Of a stretch of 64,000 nucleotides of DNA, positions 38,478 to 49,274 are shown in pieces. The notes below the pieces were generated by a model, which ran no database searches, was not told where the DNA came from, and saw nothing but the letters and a program-made list of their open reading frames with translations. Origin of the DNA: Nitrospirota bacterium (GTDB lineage: Bacteria; Nitrospirota; UBA9217); assembly GCA_963749655.1 (NCBI GenBank), contig CAVVOB010000020.1, positions 1-64,000 of the forward strand, written 5' to 3'. The stretch's first letter is position 1, and the number at the start of each line of letters is the position of its first letter. A program made the position numbers and the translations under genes.

Positions 38478-39545
38478 CTATCTGAACTTCTCCACGAACG
38501 CTTTGCGTTCTTCTGATTTTGTGCTTTCGTTGCCCGATGTGTCCACCGCGCTCACGGCGTAGAAATAGGTGGTTCCCACCTTGACGGTCATATCCGAATA
38601 GGTCGTGCGGTTCAGCGGTTTGTCCGTCAGCCGCTCGTAATCCCTGCCGCTCCGCGTCGAGCGGTATACATAATAGCCGGCGAGGTCCCGCTCCCCGTTT
38701 TCGTTCCAGGTCAGGAACACCCGGTCCACGCCGGGCACCGCGGTCAGCTTCGTCGGTCTGTCCGGCGGCGTCATATCACGTGGGGTCGCGGACGATTGCA
38801 GCGAGTCGGGGCTCTCCTGCCAGGGCCGTGTCGGCCGGTCCACGGAACGAACGAGGTAATAGTAGGCGCGGCCGTTCAGTGTCGATTTGTCGATGTAGGT
38901 CGTCGCAGTGAGCGGCTCAGGGTTCAGAGGCGCCTCGTCATGACGGCCCGCTTCGTTTCCACGGTAGATGTTGTAGCCGATAAAGCCTGAAACACGGGTC
39001 CCGTCGAGCCGTCCGGTCACCGGTTCCCAGGTGACGCGCACAGAGTTGTCTCCCTCCACCGCCCTGATCCCTTGCGGAATGGCCAGGGGCATGGAAGGCG
39101 TTACCCGGACCTCCTCGGAGGGCTGGCTGACTCCGCCGCGTTCGCTTACCGCCCTGATCCGGTACCCGTAGGCATATCCGTACTTCAGGTTGTCGTCGCT
39201 CCAGATGACGACGTCGTTCCGGACTGTTGCAGGCGCGGGATTCTGAATGTCGATCTCTGCATATAATTTGTACCGGCCTTTCCGGCGGTCGGGGCCGAAT
39301 TCGGCGCGGTAGATGCGCATTGCCCGGATGTTCGAGGCGCTCAGGTTTTTGCCTTCGACGTTCTTCGTCGGCAGGGGCCACGATAAAAAGGCCTCAGCGC
39401 CTCTCGTGACGGCGGTGATCCCGTGAACCTGCTCGGGACGCGGGCTGTCCGGAACCACCGGGGCCGTTTTTCTCCCGCAGGCGGCGAAGGACGCGATCAT
39501 CAGGAAGGCACAAGCCGCGATGCACCACCGGGTCCGGGTGTTCAT
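38478..39545 (-). CDS. Lipoprotein with fibronectin type III repeats
   Basis: Lipobox FAAC followed by GRKTAP; three FN3-like units (W...Y/IYR...Y.D...Y.Y.V/I.AV). Confidence 0.88.
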   Translation of the reverse strand: MNTRTRWCIAACAFLMIASFAACGRKTAPVVPDSPRPEQVHGITAVTRGAEAFLSWPLPTKNVEGKNLSASNIRAMRIYRAEFGPDRRKGRYKLYAEIDIQNPAPATVRNDVVIWSDDNLKYGYAYGYRIRAVSERGGVSQPSEEVRVTPSMPLAIPQGIRAVEGDNSVRVTWEPVTGRLDGTRVSGFIGYNIYRGNEAGRHDEAPLNPEPLTATTYIDKSTLNGRAYYYLVRSVDRPTRPWQESPDSLQSSATPRDMTPPDRPTKLTAVPGVDRVFLTWNENGERDLAGYYVYRSTRSGRDYERLTDKPLNRTTYSDMTVKVGTTYFYAVSAVDTSGNESTKSEERKAFVEKFR

Positions 39546-40954
39546 TTCATCTTCTTCTTGAGCTCATTCAGCCGCTTGTCGAGATTGCGCGGAGCCGTGC
39601 CGCCGCGCGATGTTCTTCTGCCGACCGAGGCGTCAATAGATATGGCCTCATACACGTCCTCATCGATCAGCGCTGAAATGCGTCGGTATTCGGCCAGGGG
39701 CATATCGCCCAGACCGCACTCGAGCTGCCCCGCGCGAAGCACCGCCCTGCCCACGACCTCATGCGCCGCGCGGAAGGGCATGTTCTTCCTTACGAGATAA
39801 TCGGCCAGGTCGGTGGCGGTAATGAAACCGTCCTCGGCGGCCCTGCGCATAGCCTCCCGGTTCACCGTAATTCCCGGCAGCATCTGGGCAAACACCGAGA
39901 GCGCCAGTCTGACCGTATCGGCTGCGTCGAATAGCGGCTCCTTGTCCTCCTGCATATCGCGGTTGTACGCAAGCGGGAGTCCTTTCATGATCGTCAGGAG
40001 CGACATGAGACCGCCGTACACCCGGCCTGTCTTGCCGCGGGTCAGCTCGGCTACGTCGGGGTTCTTCTTCTGCGGCATGATCGACGAGCCTGTTGTGAAG
40101 GCATCGGAGATGGTAATGAAGCCGAACTCCGAAGACGACCAGAGGACGAGTTCCTCGGACAGGCGCGAGAGGTGCATCATGATCTGGGCGCAGGCCGCAA
40201 CGAATTCGATGGCGAAATCCCTGTCCGATACGGCGTCCATGCTGTTCTCGCACAGGGCGCTGAAGGCGAGCTGCTTCGCCACGAAGGTCCGGTCGATGGG
40301 CAGCACGGTGCCGGCGAGGGCGCCCGCGCCCAGGGGCATAACGTTCACCCTGCGGAAACAGTCTTCCAGCCGGCCGCGGTCGCGTTCGAACATTTCGTAA
40401 TAGGCCAGAAGGTGGTGCCCCAGGAGCACGGGCTGGGCCCGTTGAAGGTGCGTATATCCCGGCAGGATCACACCGCGGTTTTTGTCGGCGAGCTGCACAA
40501 CGGCCTTCTGGACCGTTCTCAGCAGGTCATGAATGCCGGCGATCTCGTCGCGCAGATACATGCGGATGTCAAGGGCAACCTGGTCGTTTCTGCTCCGGGC
40601 GGTGTGGAGCTTGCCCCCCAGAGGGCCGATCTTTTCGATCAGCCGCTGCTCGATGTTCATGTGGATGTCTTCGAGCTCGATGCTGAACGTAAACGAGCCC
40701 GACGATATTTCTTCGAGGATGTCCGTGAGCCCGCGAATGATGCGGTCGGCCTCTCTTTTCGTAATGATGTCCGTCCTGGCCAGCATCCGCGCGTGGGCCA
40801 TGCTCCCGGCGATGTCGTAGGGATAGAGCCGCCAGTCATAGGGGATTGAGGCGGTGAATTCCTCGACCAGTGCGTTCGTCGACTCGGTGAACCGGCCGCC
40901 CCAGGGCTTGGTGGACTTGTTCTTCTTCTGAGTTGTTTTTTTCTTGTTTGCCAT
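39542..40954 (-). CDS. argH: Argininosuccinate lyase
   Basis: [22 protein letters not shown] and [12 protein letters not shown]. Confidence 0.98.
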   Translation of the reverse strand: MANKKKTTQKKNKSTKPWGGRFTESTNALVEEFTASIPYDWRLYPYDIAGSMAHARMLARTDIITKREADRIIRGLTDILEEISSGSFTFSIELEDIHMNIEQRLIEKIGPLGGKLHTARSRNDQVALDIRMYLRDEIAGIHDLLRTVQKAVVQLADKNRGVILPGYTHLQRAQPVLLGHHLLAYYEMFERDRGRLEDCFRRVNVMPLGAGALAGTVLPIDRTFVAKQLAFSALCENSMDAVSDRDFAIEFVAACAQIMMHLSRLSEELVLWSSSEFGFITISDAFTTGSSIMPQKKNPDVAELTRGKTGRVYGGLMSLLTIMKGLPLAYNRDMQEDKEPLFDAADTVRLALSVFAQMLPGITVNREAMRRAAEDGFITATDLADYLVRKNMPFRAAHEVVGRAVLRAGQLECGLGDMPLAEYRRISALIDEDVYEAISIDASVGRRTSRGGTAPRNLDKRLNELKKKMK

Positions 40955-40965
40955 ATCAGCTGCGG

Positions 40966-41055
40966 AAATTCCAAACTTCAGCCATCAAACCTCAAATAAG
41001 CTCCAATTTTTTGTCCCTGGAATTTATTTACGATTTCGTTTGCTATTTGGAGTTT
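40966..41055. repeat. Degenerate inverted heptamer arrays (argG-argH spacer, overlapping the argG stop)
   Basis: AAATTCC-AAACTTC-AGCCATC-AAACCTC-AAATAAG ... GGAATTT...GATTT...TATTTGGAGTTT. Confidence 0.6.
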
Positions 41056-42248
41056 GCCTTCGCTCCTATTCTTAATCTCAGTGCGTTCAGCCTGATGAAG
41101 CCTTCGGCGTCCTTCTGATTGTAGACCCTGTCTGCTTCGAAGGTCGCCAGCTCGGGGTTGTAAAGCGACACCGGCGACCTGCGGCCCACGGTGTCGCAGT
41201 TTCCTTTGTACAGTTTGATGCGCGCGGTGCCGGTCACGTTCTTCTGGGATTCGTCGATCGCCGCTTGGAGCATGAGGCGTTCGGGCGAGAACCAGTACCC
41301 ATAGTACACGAGCTCTGCATATCGCGCGATCAGGCTGTCGCGAAGGTGCATGGCCTCCCGGTCCATGGTGATAGACTCCACGGCCCGGTGCGCTGCATGG
41401 AGGAGCGTGCCGCCCGGCGTTTCGTAAACCCCGCGGGATTTCATGCCGACGTAGCGGTTTTCGACGAGGTCCACGCGTCCGACGCCGTGAGCCCCCGCGA
41501 TCCTGTTCGCCTCTGCCAGGAGCGCGGCCGGTGAAAGTCTCTTTCCGTTGACGGCAACGGGATTTCCCGCCTCGTACTCGACCTCGACATATTCGGCCTT
41601 GTCCGGCGCCTTTTCAACGGGCACGGCAAGGGTGTACATGTCGACCGTTGATTCTTTCCAGGGATCTTCCAGAATGCCGCCTTCGTAGCTGATATGAAGC
41701 AGGTTCCGGTCCGTGGAATAGGGCTTGGCCTTGGTCGCCGTCACCGGGATCTTGTGCTTCTCCGCATAGGCGATCAGCTCTTCCCTGCCTTTCATGGTCC
41801 ATTCCCGCCAGGGTGCCACGATCTTCACTCCCGGCTTGAGCGCGAAATAGGTGAGCTCGAAGCGGACCTGGTCGTTGCCTTTTCCCGTTGCGCCGTGGCA
41901 GACCGCATCGGCATTCTCTTTCTGCGCGATCTCGATCTGGCGTTTTGCAATGAGTGGCCGGGCGATCGAGGTCCCCAGGAGATAGCGGCCTTCGTAGACC
42001 GCATTCGCCCGCAGCATGGGGAACACGAAATCGCGCACGAATTCCTCGCGCAGGTCGTCGATGTAGATCTTGCTTGCGCCGGTCTTGATCGCCTTTTCGC
42101 GGAGCGGCTCCAGCTCCTCGCCCTGACCGATGTCTGCGGTGAAGGCGATCACCTCGCAGCCATAGGTCTCCCTGAGCCAGGTAATGATGACTGATGTGTC
42201 GAGTCCGCCGGAATAGGCGACGACGATTTTTCCGATATCCTGATTCAA
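41043..42248 (-). CDS. argG: Argininosuccinate synthase
   Basis: [22 protein letters not shown] and [10 protein letters not shown]; TTG start. Confidence 0.98.
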   Translation of the reverse strand: MNQDIGKIVVAYSGGLDTSVIITWLRETYGCEVIAFTADIGQGEELEPLREKAIKTGASKIYIDDLREEFVRDFVFPMLRANAVYEGRYLLGTSIARPLIAKRQIEIAQKENADAVCHGATGKGNDQVRFELTYFALKPGVKIVAPWREWTMKGREELIAYAEKHKIPVTATKAKPYSTDRNLLHISYEGGILEDPWKESTVDMYTLAVPVEKAPDKAEYVEVEYEAGNPVAVNGKRLSPAALLAEANRIAGAHGVGRVDLVENRYVGMKSRGVYETPGGTLLHAAHRAVESITMDREAMHLRDSLIARYAELVYYGYWFSPERLMLQAAIDESQKNVTGTARIKLYKGNCDTVGRRSPVSLYNPELATFEADRVYNQKDAEGFIRLNALRLRIGAKANSK

Positions 42249-42269
42249 AACATTCCCTCAATAAAAAAG

Positions 42270-42361
42270 GGACGCAGATGAACGCTGAAGAACCGGATAC
42301 GACAATGATGGCCGATGAAGCCTATGCTTCTATCTGTGCCCATCTGCGTTAATCTGCGTCC
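42270..42361. repeat. Inverted ~9-mer tandem arrays (ppi-argG spacer)
   Basis: GGACGCAGATGAACGCTGAAGAACCGGAT ... ATCTGTGCCCATCTGCGTTAATCTGCGTCC. Confidence 0.8.
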
Positions 42362-42365
42362 GAAA

Positions 42366-42974
42366 TTATTTGCCTTCGACTATTTTCACCTTCATCTCAA
42401 CGCGATCATTCGGCTTGTCATTGGCGTCCCGGGGCTGGGAAACGATCTTGTCCACCACTTCCATCCCGTTCTCCACTTCGCCGAAGACCGTGTACTGGCG
42501 GTCGAGGAACGAAGAATCCTTGACGCAGATGAAGAACTGCGATCCCGCGCTGTCGGGGCTTTGAGCCCTTGCCATGGAAAGCGTACCGCGCTTGTGGGGC
42601 CGGTCGTTGAACTCCGCTTTGATGGTATAGCCCGGTCCGCCGGTCCCGGCGCCGCGGGCCTGCGGGTCCTTGGTGATCGGGTCGCCACCCTGGATCATGA
42701 ATCCCGGAATGACGCGGTGAAAGATGGTGTTGTCGTAGAGGCCCTTTTTGGCCAGGTCGATGAAGTTCTTTACGTGGCCCGGCGCCTTGTCCGGGAAGAA
42801 TTTCAGCGTGATGTTTCCGAACTTCGTTTCAATGATCGCCTTTGTTTCCGACATTTTCTTGATCTCCTCTTTGGTGGCGGTTATAGTCTTGAGCGGCTTG
42901 CCGAACTGCGCGGAGGCGGTAAGACTCACGAACAGAATGGCCAGGGCTGTAACCAGAATTCCGGCAATCTTCAT
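42366..42974 (-). CDS. Cyclophilin-type peptidyl-prolyl isomerase, exported
   Basis: Signal peptide, FHRVIPGFMIQGGDP, GTLSMAR..SAGSQFFI and YTVFG. Confidence 0.95.
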   Translation of the reverse strand: MKIAGILVTALAILFVSLTASAQFGKPLKTITATKEEIKKMSETKAIIETKFGNITLKFFPDKAPGHVKNFIDLAKKGLYDNTIFHRVIPGFMIQGGDPITKDPQARGAGTGGPGYTIKAEFNDRPHKRGTLSMARAQSPDSAGSQFFICVKDSSFLDRQYTVFGEVENGMEVVDKIVSQPRDANDKPNDRVEMKVKIVEGK

Positions 42975-43060
42975 TTTGCGTTAAATCCTCCTGCAGGCAT
43001 TTTTCAAACGGGTGTTCACGGGCCGAAGACACTACGAAGGACAGTTACTGAATCTATATT

Positions 43061-43089
43061 CTTTTACCAGAAACCCCGGGGGTTGTCAA
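43061..43089 (-). promoter_or_regulatory. Sigma70 promoter for the ppi-argG... run
   Basis: TTGACA-17 nt-TAAAAG with extended -10 TG. Confidence 0.55.
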
Positions 43090-43350
43090 ACAAAACCAGA
43101 GGCTTGCGGAAGGCGGAATACCCCGGCAGGAAGGCCCCGGACCGACTTTTTTAGTTAAATGAACGGTCCGGCAAAAGTGCTCTGCCGATTGGCGGTTTCC
43201 CGGATCTGCTGTTATACTAAAGCAAGAGGGTTGCGGTTCTGAAGGGGGTCCAGCCGGATGGACCTGGCTGAGCCACGGTGCCGATACCGGCGCTGGAGGC
43301 GGAAGTCTTGTGCTTCCGGCGCGGGAAGAGGTGTGATTCGAGAGGGGCCT

Positions 43351-43746
43351 ATGGCTGCCGATGAGAAGGACAAAAGAGATTTTATCAGGGTTCCCCTGAA
43401 GACCGAGGTCGCGGTCCGGACCGGGGGGAGGGTGATACGCGCTGCTGTCGACCTCAATCTCAGCATGAACGGGATCGCGTTCAGAACGGACCAGGCAGTT
43501 CCTGCCGAAGGGGCCGCATGTACCGTGCAAATTTTTCTGACCGGCCTCGAGCAGAGGATCGCCATTGAAGCGGAGGGCGCCGTGGTCCGTACGGTTCCGG
43601 GAAGCCTGGCAGTCGAGTTTACCGAACTGGACCTCGACAGCTACCATCATCTGCGTCGACTCATACTGAGCAATACGAATGACCCTGACCGGGCTGAACG
43701 GGAATTCGAAGCGCACTGGGGCATCCGTCGGCCCCGCCCGGCTTAA
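43351..43746 (+). CDS. PilZ domain protein (c-di-GMP receptor)
   Basis: RDFIR (RxxxR) and NLSMNG ([D/N]xSxxG) motifs. Confidence 0.88.
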   Translation: MAADEKDKRDFIRVPLKTEVAVRTGGRVIRAAVDLNLSMNGIAFRTDQAVPAEGAACTVQIFLTGLEQRIAIEAEGAVVRTVPGSLAVEFTELDLDSYHHLRRLILSNTNDPDRAEREFEAHWGIRRPRPA

Positions 43747-43882
43747 GCGGAGCATTTTGGCGGGGCCTTTCTGCGGGAAAGGGTGCGCGCCGTCACAACA
43801 TTCCTTCCAATTTCAGGAGTTTTCTGGTACTATTTCGAACCAGCGCCAATGCTATCGTTCACATCACGAAAGGAGTGTCATC

Positions 43883-44308
43883 ATGGTACAGAAGGCCAGC
43901 GGCAAGTTGACGGACATGTTGAACAAGGCGATCGCCCGCGAGATCCAGGTGAGCGTCCAGTACATGTGGCAGCATGTGATGGCGAAAGGGCTCGAGTCGG
44001 CCGAGATTGCCGACGTGTTCAAGGACGTCGCGATCACCGAGATGAAGCACGCTGAAAAGATCGCGGAGCGGCTTTTTTACTTCGACGTCGCGCCCACGAC
44101 TAAGCCGGACCCCATCAAGATGGGCGGCACGGTCAAGGACATGCTCGAGTTCGATGCAAAGGCCGAGGAAGAGGCCATCGATCTCTACAAGGAAATTGTC
44201 AAGCAGGCGGGAGCGGAAGGCGATTCCACGACCAGGCTCCTCTTTGAGCAGATCCTGGCTGAGGAAGAGGAGCATCACGACACCTTTACGACCCTGCTGG
44301 GGAAGTAA
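43883..44308 (+). CDS. Ferritin-like protein (short bacterioferritin-related)
   Basis: Ferroxidase residues in ARE..QY, EMKH, EEEAI..Y and EEEEH; AAGGAG RBS. Confidence 0.9.
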   Translation: MVQKASGKLTDMLNKAIAREIQVSVQYMWQHVMAKGLESAEIADVFKDVAITEMKHAEKIAERLFYFDVAPTTKPDPIKMGGTVKDMLEFDAKAEEEAIDLYKEIVKQAGAEGDSTTRLLFEQILAEEEEHHDTFTTLLGK

Positions 44309-44405
44309 CGGATTCGTTCCGCGGCAAACGCGGGATTTCTACGGTTCAGGAACACCCGCTCTCCGACACCGGTTGCCGGCACGTTGACCTTTCAGCACCT
44401 AACCT

Positions 44406-45251
44406 ATGCAGATCATAACCGCTATCCCGGAAATGCAGTCCCTCGCCGATTCCCTGAGAAAGCAGGGGCGCGCGATCGGCTTCGTCCCGACCATGGGATT
44501 TCTCCATGACGGCCATCTTTCCCTCATAAATCACGCGCGGCAGGAGTGCGACGCCACGGTGGTCAGCATCTTCGTGAACCCCACGCAGTTCGGGCCGCAG
44601 GAAGATTTCGACCGCTATCCGCGCGATGAGGAGGGGGACCGGAAGAAGTGCGAATCCGCAGGCGTCGATTTTCTGTTCATGCCCCGTGCAGGGGACATGT
44701 ATCCCTGCAAGCCCGACGTGTTCGTTACCGTTGAGGGGGTCTCCGGCCTTCTTGAAGGCGCGGTGCGGCCGGGGCATTTTCGGGGCGTTGCCACGGTGGT
44801 CTGCAAACTGTTCAATATCGTCCGGCCGCATAAAGCTTTTTTCGGGCAGAAGGACTACCAGCAGTGCGTTGTGCTCAAACGCATGACCGCGGGCCTCAAT
44901 ATGGATGTCGAGGTCACGATGCTTCCGACGGTCCGCGAGCAGGACGGCCTTGCCATGAGCTCTCGTAATACCTACCTCGGCAGGGACGAGCGTAGTGCCG
45001 CCGCTGCGATCCATCGCGCCCTGTCTGCAGCGGAGCATCTGGTCCGGGCGGGCGTGAAGGAGCCTGAAAAAGTAAGGAACAAAGTGCTGGCTGTGCTGCG
45101 CGAGGAGCCTTCGATCTCGGTCGACTACATCGAAATCGCTGACCCGGAATGTCTCGCGCCGCTCGATGTCGTGGGGGAGAGGGTCGTGATATTAGTTGCT
45201 GTCCGGATCGGACGCACCAGACTGATTGACAATCTTCTTGTCGTGCAATAA
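44406..45251 (+). CDS. panC: Pantoate-beta-alanine ligase
   Basis: VPTMGFLHDGH, SIFVNPTQF, RPGHFRGV, FGQKDYQQ and RLIDN. Confidence 0.98.
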   Translation: MQIITAIPEMQSLADSLRKQGRAIGFVPTMGFLHDGHLSLINHARQECDATVVSIFVNPTQFGPQEDFDRYPRDEEGDRKKCESAGVDFLFMPRAGDMYPCKPDVFVTVEGVSGLLEGAVRPGHFRGVATVVCKLFNIVRPHKAFFGQKDYQQCVVLKRMTAGLNMDVEVTMLPTVREQDGLAMSSRNTYLGRDERSAAAAIHRALSAAEHLVRAGVKEPEKVRNKVLAVLREEPSISVDYIEIADPECLAPLDVVGERVVILVAVRIGRTRLIDNLLVVQ

Positions 45252-45467
45252 GTAAAGAAGCGCCCGCCCCGATCGTTCATTCCAAGCCGTAACGACGTTC
45301 TCGCTTCCAGGGACGGCGGCAAGGGCCCTCTGCATCCTGTCCATTGTGGCAGAATCATTTTGCCCCCCGGTTAAAAACCGCGCATAAGAAGCCAGGCTGG
45401 AAATTCCCTGTGCCGGATGCACGCTCTCGGACAGCCTGCTCATTCGCAACTGCTGTATACTTGAAGT

Positions 45468-46217
45468 ATGTTCCCGATCAAGGACACCATTCCACGCTTT
45501 AACTACCCCTTCGCCACGGTGGCGATCATTGTCGCAAATGTGCTCGCCTTTGCCGTCGAGCTCTCTTTTCCCGGTGATGAACGGGACGCCTTCATCTACC
45601 TCTTCGGGCTTGTGCCGGCGCGGTATTCGCACCCATCCTGGGCGCAGGTAATGGGCCTTCCCCTGGACACGTACTGGCCCTTTGTAACGAGCCTGTTCCT
45701 GCACGGCGGCTGGCTTCATCTCATCGGGAACATGTGGTTCCTTTATCTTTTCGGCGACAACGTCGAGGACCGGATGGGGCCGCTTCGGTTCGTTTTTTTC
45801 TACCTCTTGGCCGGTATCGCGGCAAACGTCGTGCATTTTTTTGCAAACAGCGATTCACCGATGCCGGTCATCGGCGCATCGGGCGCCATTGCAGGCGTCA
45901 TGGCCGCCTACCTCCGCCTCTATCCCCGCGCCCGCATCGTCACGCTCGTTCCGGTCCTGTTCTTTCCGTTCTTTTTTGAAGTGCCGGCGGTGCTCTTTAT
46001 GGGGTTCTGGTTCGTGATGCAGCTTTTTTCCGGTGCTCTATCGCTCGCGATTGCGGATCAGGGAGGAGGCATAGCCTGGTGGGAGCATGTCGGCGGGTTT
46101 GCGGTAGGATACCTGCTCATCAAGCCTCTGTGCAGCAGGACGCTGGGCGGCTGCCGCAGGGACGATCCTGCGAATATGGCTGTCGATGATGGATCAACCG
46201 AGAAACGGCAGCTGTAA
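45468..46217 (+). CDS. Rhomboid family intramembrane serine protease
   Basis: FLHGGWLHLIGNM, GASGAIAG and AWWEHVGGF. Confidence 0.95.
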   Translation: MFPIKDTIPRFNYPFATVAIIVANVLAFAVELSFPGDERDAFIYLFGLVPARYSHPSWAQVMGLPLDTYWPFVTSLFLHGGWLHLIGNMWFLYLFGDNVEDRMGPLRFVFFYLLAGIAANVVHFFANSDSPMPVIGASGAIAGVMAAYLRLYPRARIVTLVPVLFFPFFFEVPAVLFMGFWFVMQLFSGALSLAIADQGGGIAWWEHVGGFAVGYLLIKPLCSRTLGGCRRDDPANMAVDDGSTEKRQL

Positions 46218-46343
46218 CCACGGATGAACACGGTTAGACCCTAAATCAACAACGGAGTCCAAACGAAAAATTCACCCCGGTGGTGATCATGTTTTCGCGT
46301 GAGCACGTTGAATTATCCGCGCTTATCCGTATTAATCGTGATT
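46216..46343. repeat. Inverted ~9-mer tandem arrays (after the rhomboid stop)
   Basis: AACCACGGATGAACACGGTT ... ATCCGCGCTTATCCGTATTAATCGTGATT. Confidence 0.65.
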
Positions 46344-46430
46344 TAGCCCTCTTCCTGGGCAGAAGGTTTTTCCCAGCAGGCCACATGGCGCCGTTCTTTC
46401 CGGCCGGAGAGCCGGAGGCAGGAACGGCGT

Positions 46431-47936
46431 TTATACCATGACCACTTCGTACTGTTCCTGGTGAAGGTTGGGGTCGGCTTTGATCACGATCTTTTTCTGG
46501 AATTCCTTTTCCAGCTCTTCCACCCCCTGCCGTTCCTCGTCGTAGAGCATGTCTGCAACCAGGGAGTTGACCGTGACGAGCGCCTTCTTTTCCTCGGCAT
46601 TGGTGAAGGCCCGGCGGAGCTCGCGCAGGACCTCGTAGCACACGGTTCTGCTCGATTTGACGAAGCCCCGGCCGTCGCAGTAGGGGCAGGTGTCGCAGAG
46701 CGTGCGGCCCAGGCTCTCACGGACGCGCTTCCTCGTCATCTCGATGAGCCCGATGGGTGAGATGTGGGAGATCGTCGTCTTCGCCTTGTCGCTTGCCAGC
46801 GCTTCCTGAAGGGCTGAGTAGACCTTCCGGCGGTTGTCCTCGCGCTCCATGTCGATGAAGTCGAGGATGATGATCCCGCCGATGTTCCGCAGCCGCAGCT
46901 GGTACGCGATCTCGCGGACCGCCTCGAGGTTGGTCTTCAGGATCGTGTCCTCCAGCGTGCGCTTTCCCACGTACCGCCCCGTGTTCACATCGATTGCCGT
47001 GAGCGCCTCGGTCTGGTCCACGATGATGTACCCGCCGGACTTGAGCCAGACCTTCCTGCCGAGGGCGCGCGAGATCTCGATCTCGACGCCGTAGTGATCG
47101 AAGATGGGATCGTCTCCGTCGTAGGGTTTCACGCGGCGGCTCAGCTGGGGAATGTAGGAGTCGATGAATTCCTTGACGCGCTGGTATTCTTCTGCTGAGT
47201 CGATGACCATGCGGTCGATGTCGCGGGTAAAGATGTCCCGGATGATCCGGAAAACGAGGTCCAGTTCGTTGTGTACGAGCGCGGGGGCGGACATACGCTC
47301 TCGTTTTTTGTGGATGTTCTCCCAGAGCCTGCCGAGAAACTCGATGTCCGCCGTGAAGTCGTCCTCGGTCCTGCCCTGGCTCGCAGTCCTGATGATATAG
47401 CCCGTGTTCGGCTTCCGGAGCCTCCCCACGATCTCCCGGAGCCGTTTCCGTTCCTCGCCGTTCTCGATCCTGCGCGATACGCCGATGTGGTTCACGCCCG
47501 GCATCATGACCAGGTATCTGCCGGGGATGCTGATATAGGTCGTCACCCGGGCGCCCTTCGTGCTGATCGGCTCCTTCGAAACCTGGACCAGGATTTCCTG
47601 GCCTTCCTGCAGCAGGTCCTCTATCTGGTTCGAGTGCGTGCGCTTCCGTTTAGTTTCAACTTCCAGCTCAAGCCCTTCGTCGTCCATCATGGGCGTGTAT
47701 TCCGAGGTGCTGTCGAAGACGTCCCCCACGTACAGGAACGCGGATTTTTCCAGGCCGATGTCCACGAAAGCGGCCTGCATACCCGGCAGCACCTTCATCA
47801 CGCGGCCCTTGTACACGTTGCCCGCAATGCCGCGGTCTTTTTTTCGGTCTATGAATATGTCGGTGACAAGGCTGTTTTCAAGAAGAGCGACCCGCGTTTC
47901 CTCCCTGCCTGCATTGACGATGATCTCTGACGACAT
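46431..47936 (-). CDS. rng: Ribonuclease G (Rne/Rng family)
   Basis: S1 domain GNVYKGRV..VLPGMQAAFVDIG, IDVNTG, LRLRNIGGIIILDFIDM and CPYCDGRG; no long RNase E tail. Confidence 0.93.
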   Translation of the reverse strand: MSSEIIVNAGREETRVALLENSLVTDIFIDRKKDRGIAGNVYKGRVMKVLPGMQAAFVDIGLEKSAFLYVGDVFDSTSEYTPMMDDEGLELEVETKRKRTHSNQIEDLLQEGQEILVQVSKEPISTKGARVTTYISIPGRYLVMMPGVNHIGVSRRIENGEERKRLREIVGRLRKPNTGYIIRTASQGRTEDDFTADIEFLGRLWENIHKKRERMSAPALVHNELDLVFRIIRDIFTRDIDRMVIDSAEEYQRVKEFIDSYIPQLSRRVKPYDGDDPIFDHYGVEIEISRALGRKVWLKSGGYIIVDQTEALTAIDVNTGRYVGKRTLEDTILKTNLEAVREIAYQLRLRNIGGIIILDFIDMEREDNRRKVYSALQEALASDKAKTTISHISPIGLIEMTRKRVRESLGRTLCDTCPYCDGRGFVKSSRTVCYEVLRELRRAFTNAEEKKALVTVNSLVADMLYDEERQGVEELEKEFQKKIVIKADPNLHQEQYEVVMV

Positions 47937-48124
47937 GAAGTCTCCTTGGCAATGAGTTGTATGGTGCTGATTCCATTCTATATTAAGTCGGCTTTCTAAA
48001 CAAGGGTAAAGCGACGAAAGGAGTATACAGCATCGAGACGGATGTCTGAGCAATCAATGGGACGAAGGCTATTGGTTATCTGACATTAAACTTGCTTTTA
48101 TAATACTAAGTGAGGAGGCAGACT

Positions 48125-49227
48125 ATGTCAAGGAACCTGAAAAGTATGCTTCAAAGCGCAATCTCGAACCTGGAATTTGGCTACCGGATCATACGCGGTA
48201 TTGACTATGCAACCTTGAGCCAGTATATCCTCAAGATCAATAAACACAGGGATATTGACGCAATTCTCAAGGAAGTCTCCCATTGTTTGAAGGACATTCT
48301 TGATTATGAACTGTTCGGATTCGCACTGAAAATCAGCAATTCAGTGGACCTCTGGATCGATCCCGTGCCTACACCGCGTCCTTGACAGGCTGCGTAGAGA
48401 AGGATTTTGGGAGTCAAAAAGCTGACCATTGTATCCACTATTTTGAGAATGGAACCGTGGAAAACGGTCATAATTATGACGCGCCCGAGGTGAATAATCT
48501 TATTTCTTACTGCGTTATCGACGGCAAGTATGCTGCCCGTCTTTATATAGTACCGGGTAAAAAAATGCTCTATCATCACGACGGCATCATTTCCACCATC
48601 ATCAGTTCCATCAATATTGCTCTGGAAAAACACCTCAACATGAGACAGCTCGAGCATGCGGCAGCCGTCGATCAGCTGACGAACTGCTTTAATCGCAGAG
48701 CACTGGACACCTTCATCGAGAATGATGTTTTCTATGCCTTGCGGCAGAAATGCGATCTTTCGGTCATCATGTTCGATCTGGAAGATTTCAAGGAGATCAA
48801 CGATTGCTTCGGCCATTCGGCAGGCGATGCGGTCCTGAGGGAGATTGCCCTGCTGGTGCGGACCATGGTCAGGAAATCCGACTATATTGTCCGCTACGGC
48901 GGCGAGGAGTTCGTGCTGGTCCTTCGCGACACGAAACTCTACGATGCGGTCCACCTGGCGCACAAAATCAGAAAACTTGTCGAGAACCACTCCATAGGGT
49001 ACGGCCAGGAGATCCTGAAGGTGACCGCAAGTTTCGGCGTTGCGAGCCTTGAGGCCAAAGGCGACGGAAAGAGTCTGCTGCTTGAGGCGGATGAACGGCT
49101 GTATGCATCCAGGGGATCGGGCAAGAACAGCGTCGTGCCGAGCCTGCTGCCCTGCTTCGCCGACAAGAACTTCGTCACGGGCCGCAGCGTCGTTCATCAG
49201 GGCACGATCTGTGCGCGGGCCATGTAA
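48125..49227 (+). CDS. Diguanylate cyclase (GGDEF), one frameshift near 48363
   Basis: The N-terminal ORF (GAGGAGG RBS) joins 48382..49227 if one C is restored in GATCCC(C)GT. Motifs DQLT..FNRR, IND.FGH..GD, RKSD I-site and RYGGEEF. Confidence 0.9.
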
Positions 49228-49274
49228 GGAAAATTTTTACCAAGGCAGGAAAATCTTTCCCGCCTGACGAGCCC

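Noticed and set aside
38400-38478. Structured region upstream of lysA as a lysine riboswitch
   Set aside because: A single ~70-nt hairpin (GGATGAC/GTCATCC, CCGGCAG/CTGCCGG), far shorter than an L-box and lacking its motifs.
48081-48096. Sigma54-like site before the GGDEF gene (TGACATTAAACTTGCT)
   Set aside because: The invariant GG at -24 reads GA, so it is not called.
47940-48124. c-di-GMP riboswitch near the GGDEF gene or in 25960-26160
   Set aside because: No GGCAAA...GNRA...GACGCAAA two-stem architecture found by eye.
48360-48390. In-frame TGA in the GGDEF gene as selenocysteine or programmed frameshift
   Set aside because: The two parts are in different frames and restoring one C in a homopolymer joins them; no slippery site or SECIS is evident.
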